Shown here one piece after another: positions 29,874-32,000 of a stretch of DNA of 32,000 nucleotides. Position 1 is the stretch's first letter; each line of letters starts with the position of its first letter. The position numbers and the translations under genes were made by a program. The notes beneath the pieces are model-generated. The model was not told the origin of the DNA and did not search any database. It saw nothing but the letters and a program-made list of their open reading frames with translations. This DNA comes from an uncultured Methanosphaera sp. (GTDB lineage Archaea > Methanobacteriota > Methanobacteria > Methanobacteriales > Methanobacteriaceae), in contig CAMNFZ010000004.1 in NCBI GenBank assembly GCA_946537725.1, positions 6,534-38,533 on the forward strand, written 5' to 3'.

Positions 29874-30887
29874 ATGGATCTTATAGAAAATTTAAAAGCA
29901 GCATTAAACGGTGAAGAAGTAGAAAAAGTACCAGCAATCAGTGCAACTGCAGCAGCAGTAGAAGAAGCATTCCCTGGAGCAGAAGTATCCTGGCCATCAG
30001 CACACCAAGATGCAGAAGAAATGGCAAGATTAGGTATTTCATTACACAAACAAGCAGGTTTAGAATGTGCTAGAGTACCTTTCGACTTAACCGCAGAAGC
30101 TGAAGCATTTGGTTGTGAAGTAGACTTAGGTGACATGGACAACACTCCAACCTTAAGATCACACGCACCATTCGATGATGTAGAAGATTTAGAAGTTCCA
30201 GATGACTTTGCAAATCAAGGAAGATTACCAACAATCATCAACTCAATCGAAATCTTAAAAAACGAATACCCTGAAGTACCTGTAGTAGTAGGTATGGCTG
30301 GTCCATTCACATTAGCAGGACACTTATTAGGTGTAGAAGATTTAGTAAAAATGTTAAAAACAGATGCTTTCGTAGTAGAAGATGTAGTAGAAGTTGCATT
30401 AGATGCACAAACAGAATTAGTAGAAGCATTCAATGACGTAGGCGTAGATGTAATCTGTGTAGCAGACCCAACATCATCCCCAGAATTATTAAACCCTGAT
30501 GACTTCATGGACTTCGCACAACCATCATTAGAAGACTTAGCTGGTGAAATGGAAGCACAAAGTATTATTCACATTTGTGGTAACTCCTTACCTATCATGG
30601 AAGGAATGTTAGACTCAGGATTCAACGGAGCTTCATTCGAAGAAGCTGTAGCTGTTGAAGATGCAAGACAAATCCAACAAGATAACGATTTAGAAACTGT
30701 ATTAGTAGGTAACATTTCAACAAGTCAAACTTTATTCAGCAAATCAACCGATGAAGTAAAAGCAGAAGTAACAACAGCATTAGAAAAAGGTATAGATGTA
30801 TTAGCACCAAGTTGTGGTATTGCACCTAAATCACCTTTAGCAAACTTACAAGCATTTGTTGAAGCAAGAGATGCATTTTACGAATAA
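29874..30887 (+). CDS. mtaA: Methylcobamide:coenzyme M methyltransferase (UroD-fold), MtaA type
   Basis: The 337-aa protein has zinc-ligand contexts IHICGNS and APSCGIAP. The N-terminus LNGEEVEKVPAIS is typical. AAGGTGA lies 5 nt before the ATG. Codon usage looks strongly expression-biased. Confidence 0.85.
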   Translation: MDLIENLKAALNGEEVEKVPAISATAAAVEEAFPGAEVSWPSAHQDAEEMARLGISLHKQAGLECARVPFDLTAEAEAFGCEVDLGDMDNTPTLRSHAPFDDVEDLEVPDDFANQGRLPTIINSIEILKNEYPEVPVVVGMAGPFTLAGHLLGVEDLVKMLKTDAFVVEDVVEVALDAQTELVEAFNDVGVDVICVADPTSSPELLNPDDFMDFAQPSLEDLAGEMEAQSIIHICGNSLPIMEGMLDSGFNGASFEEAVAVEDARQIQQDNDLETVLVGNISTSQTLFSKSTDEVKAEVTTALEKGIDVLAPSCGIAPKSPLANLQAFVEARDAFYE

Positions 30888-30917
30888 GTAGTTTAACACT
30901 ACTTTATCTTTTTTTTT
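30886..30917 (+). terminator. Hairpin plus T-tract after mtaA
   Basis: A 7-bp stem AAGTAGT/ACTACTT (30886..30892 and 30898..30904) with loop TTAAC overlaps the stop. T9 follows at 30909..30917. Confidence 0.5.
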
Positions 30918-31416
30918 CAATTTATAATTTCAATATAATATTATAACATCCTATTTCTATAATTTAAAATAATTAAATATATATCAGCAACATTTTTCAT
31001 TTAAAATTAGTCACCAATTACTTGTTTTATACACATATTAAAAATAGTGATATTATAACATTTATTCGTTTTTAATGGGAGCTATTTTCAATAATCTTAA
31101 TGGACTATTCTTTGTATTTTTTTGGACTATTGTTATTACTTTTGTAATAATTTCAAGTAATACTATTTTTATTAAAATATTACTCTATATTATTATTATT
31201 TAATATTTTTAAAATAAAATTTAATTAACTCTACTTTAATTGTAAATGATTCTATTATTTTTGTTTTAATTAAAAATAATACTATGTATGTTTTATTTTA
31301 AGAATATGGTTTGTTATATTCCTTTTTTAAAATAATTTTTTCATCTTAATTTCATAAATTTAAATATTACTTTACCATTTTTCAAGTATTCAGTAATAAA
31401 AATTACTTATATATTA

Positions 31417-31456
31417 TATACCCATAAGGGCTAAAGTAATAACTATGTGGGTATAA
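31417..31456 (+). promoter_or_regulatory. Imperfect inverted repeat just upstream of the mtaB ribosome-binding site
   Basis: TATACCCATA (31417..31426) pairs with TATGTGGGTATA (31445..31456) if a 2-nt bulge is allowed. The element ends 15 nt before the GGTGA Shine-Dalgarno of mtaB. Confidence 0.3.
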
Positions 31457-31481
31457 GATTAACAAAAAGTGGTGAAATTAT

Positions 31482-32000
31482 ATGTCAAGAAAAGTATTTA
31501 CAAAAATGGTAACAGAATCAGCAGACGACATGTTATTCGGGGATACTAAAAACCCTGTAAAATTAGGATTAGACCAAGTAGCAGGTGGAGGAGTAGTTTA
31601 TCCAAACATTAAAGTAGCACCTGCAGAAGGATCAGAAGAAAGTATTGACGGATTAGAAGCAACATCCAAAAACATCGCATTTGCAGCATGTCAAAGAGCA
31701 GCAGATATTGGATTACCAGCAATACAAATAGAAACAGAACACGTACAACAACAATCAATCAGCAGAGAAGCATCCGAAAGATGTACAGCAGTAACCTGGG
31801 AAGAACTCGAAAAATTACACGACAAATACGGAACAGCAGTTTCATTAATGTCAACAGTAGCTGATATGAGAGAAGAAGAAAACGGATTAAGAGGATCTGA
31901 ATTCGACATTGCTATGGACGAATCATTTGAAGCATGTGCACAAAGTGGAGCATCCATGTTATGTATCGAAACCGTTGGTGGTAAAGTAGTATCAGACTAC
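31482..32000 (+). CDS. mtaB: Methanol:corrinoid methyltransferase MtaB (N-terminal 173 codons; continues beyond the window end)
   Basis: Absent from the ORF track because it is open at the window edge. My translation gives MSRKVFTKMVTESADDMLFGDTKNPVKLGLD...GLPAIQIETEHVQQQS...ESFEACAQSGASMLCIETVGGK, which matches the MtaB N-terminus as I remember it. GGTGA lies 6 nt before the ATG. The codon bias matches that of mtaA. Confidence 0.85.
   Translation, partial: MSRKVFTKMVTESADDMLFGDTKNPVKLGLDQVAGGGVVYPNIKVAPAEGSEESIDGLEATSKNIAFAACQRAADIGLPAIQIETEHVQQQSISREASERCTAVTWEELEKLHDKYGTAVSLMSTVADMREEENGLRGSEFDIAMDESFEACAQSGASMLCIETVGGKVVSDY

Noticed and set aside
29834-30508. Minus-strand ORFs (103 and 97 aa) over mtaA, and similarly 31691..31957 over mtaB and 29218..29535 over gatA
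   Set aside because: They are antisense shadows of strongly codon-biased genes. The translations are Ser/Ala/Thr-rich and low-complexity.
31075-31203. 42-codon hydrophobic mini-ORF (MGAIFNNLNGLFFVFFWTIVITFVIISSNTIFIKILLYIIII) in the mtaA-mtaB spacer
   Set aside because: It has no Shine-Dalgarno. Its hydrophobicity is what T-rich DNA encodes by default. It cannot be supported without expression or conservation data.
29874-32000. Higher-GC mtaA/mtaB block as a horizontally acquired island
   Set aside because: The shift is confined to the coding sequences, the spacers are extremely AT-rich, and there are no mobility genes. The pattern of C-ending two-fold codons fits expression-linked codon bias.

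Overview
This is a very AT-rich, densely packed archaeal chromosome segment. I call 31 CDS (two run off the window ends) and one tRNA. The gene content points to a methanogen of the order Methanobacteriales, most plausibly a methanol-reducing Methanosphaera-like organism. The supporting genes are F420-dependent methylene-H4MPT dehydrogenase (mtd), thiol:fumarate reductase subunit A (tfrA), methanol-specific methyltransferases mtaA and mtaB, archaeal CTP-dependent riboflavin kinase, NucS/EndoMS, an archaeal Get3/ArsA ATPase and archaeal-type LeuS. Most of the window is ordinary housekeeping: hisB, hisG, nadE, thiI, gatA, leuS and tRNA-Arg(GCG). I saw no transposase, integrase, CRISPR array, toxin-antitoxin pair or complete known defence operon. 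The leads worth a second look are: (1) a 500-aa protein that looks like a circular permutation of the CbiA/CobQ amidotransferase architecture, with the GATase domain first and the P-loop ATPase last, while a canonical-order paralogue sits in the same window; (2) a bicistronic ferredoxin + MTH538/DUF1863 TIR-like pair; (3) a divergent MOP-flippase / Wzy-like polytopic membrane protein / MurG-like GT-B trio that could be a lipid-linked glycan (pseudomurein?) assembly module; (4) an orphan CoxE-type VWA gene translationally packed against thiI; (5) two unusually long ORF-free spacers (408 and 594 bp) flanking mtaA that carry dyad-symmetric motifs, together with a sharp codon-usage shift in mtaA/mtaB. 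All functional calls rest on motifs read by eye from the supplied translations. No database search was run.
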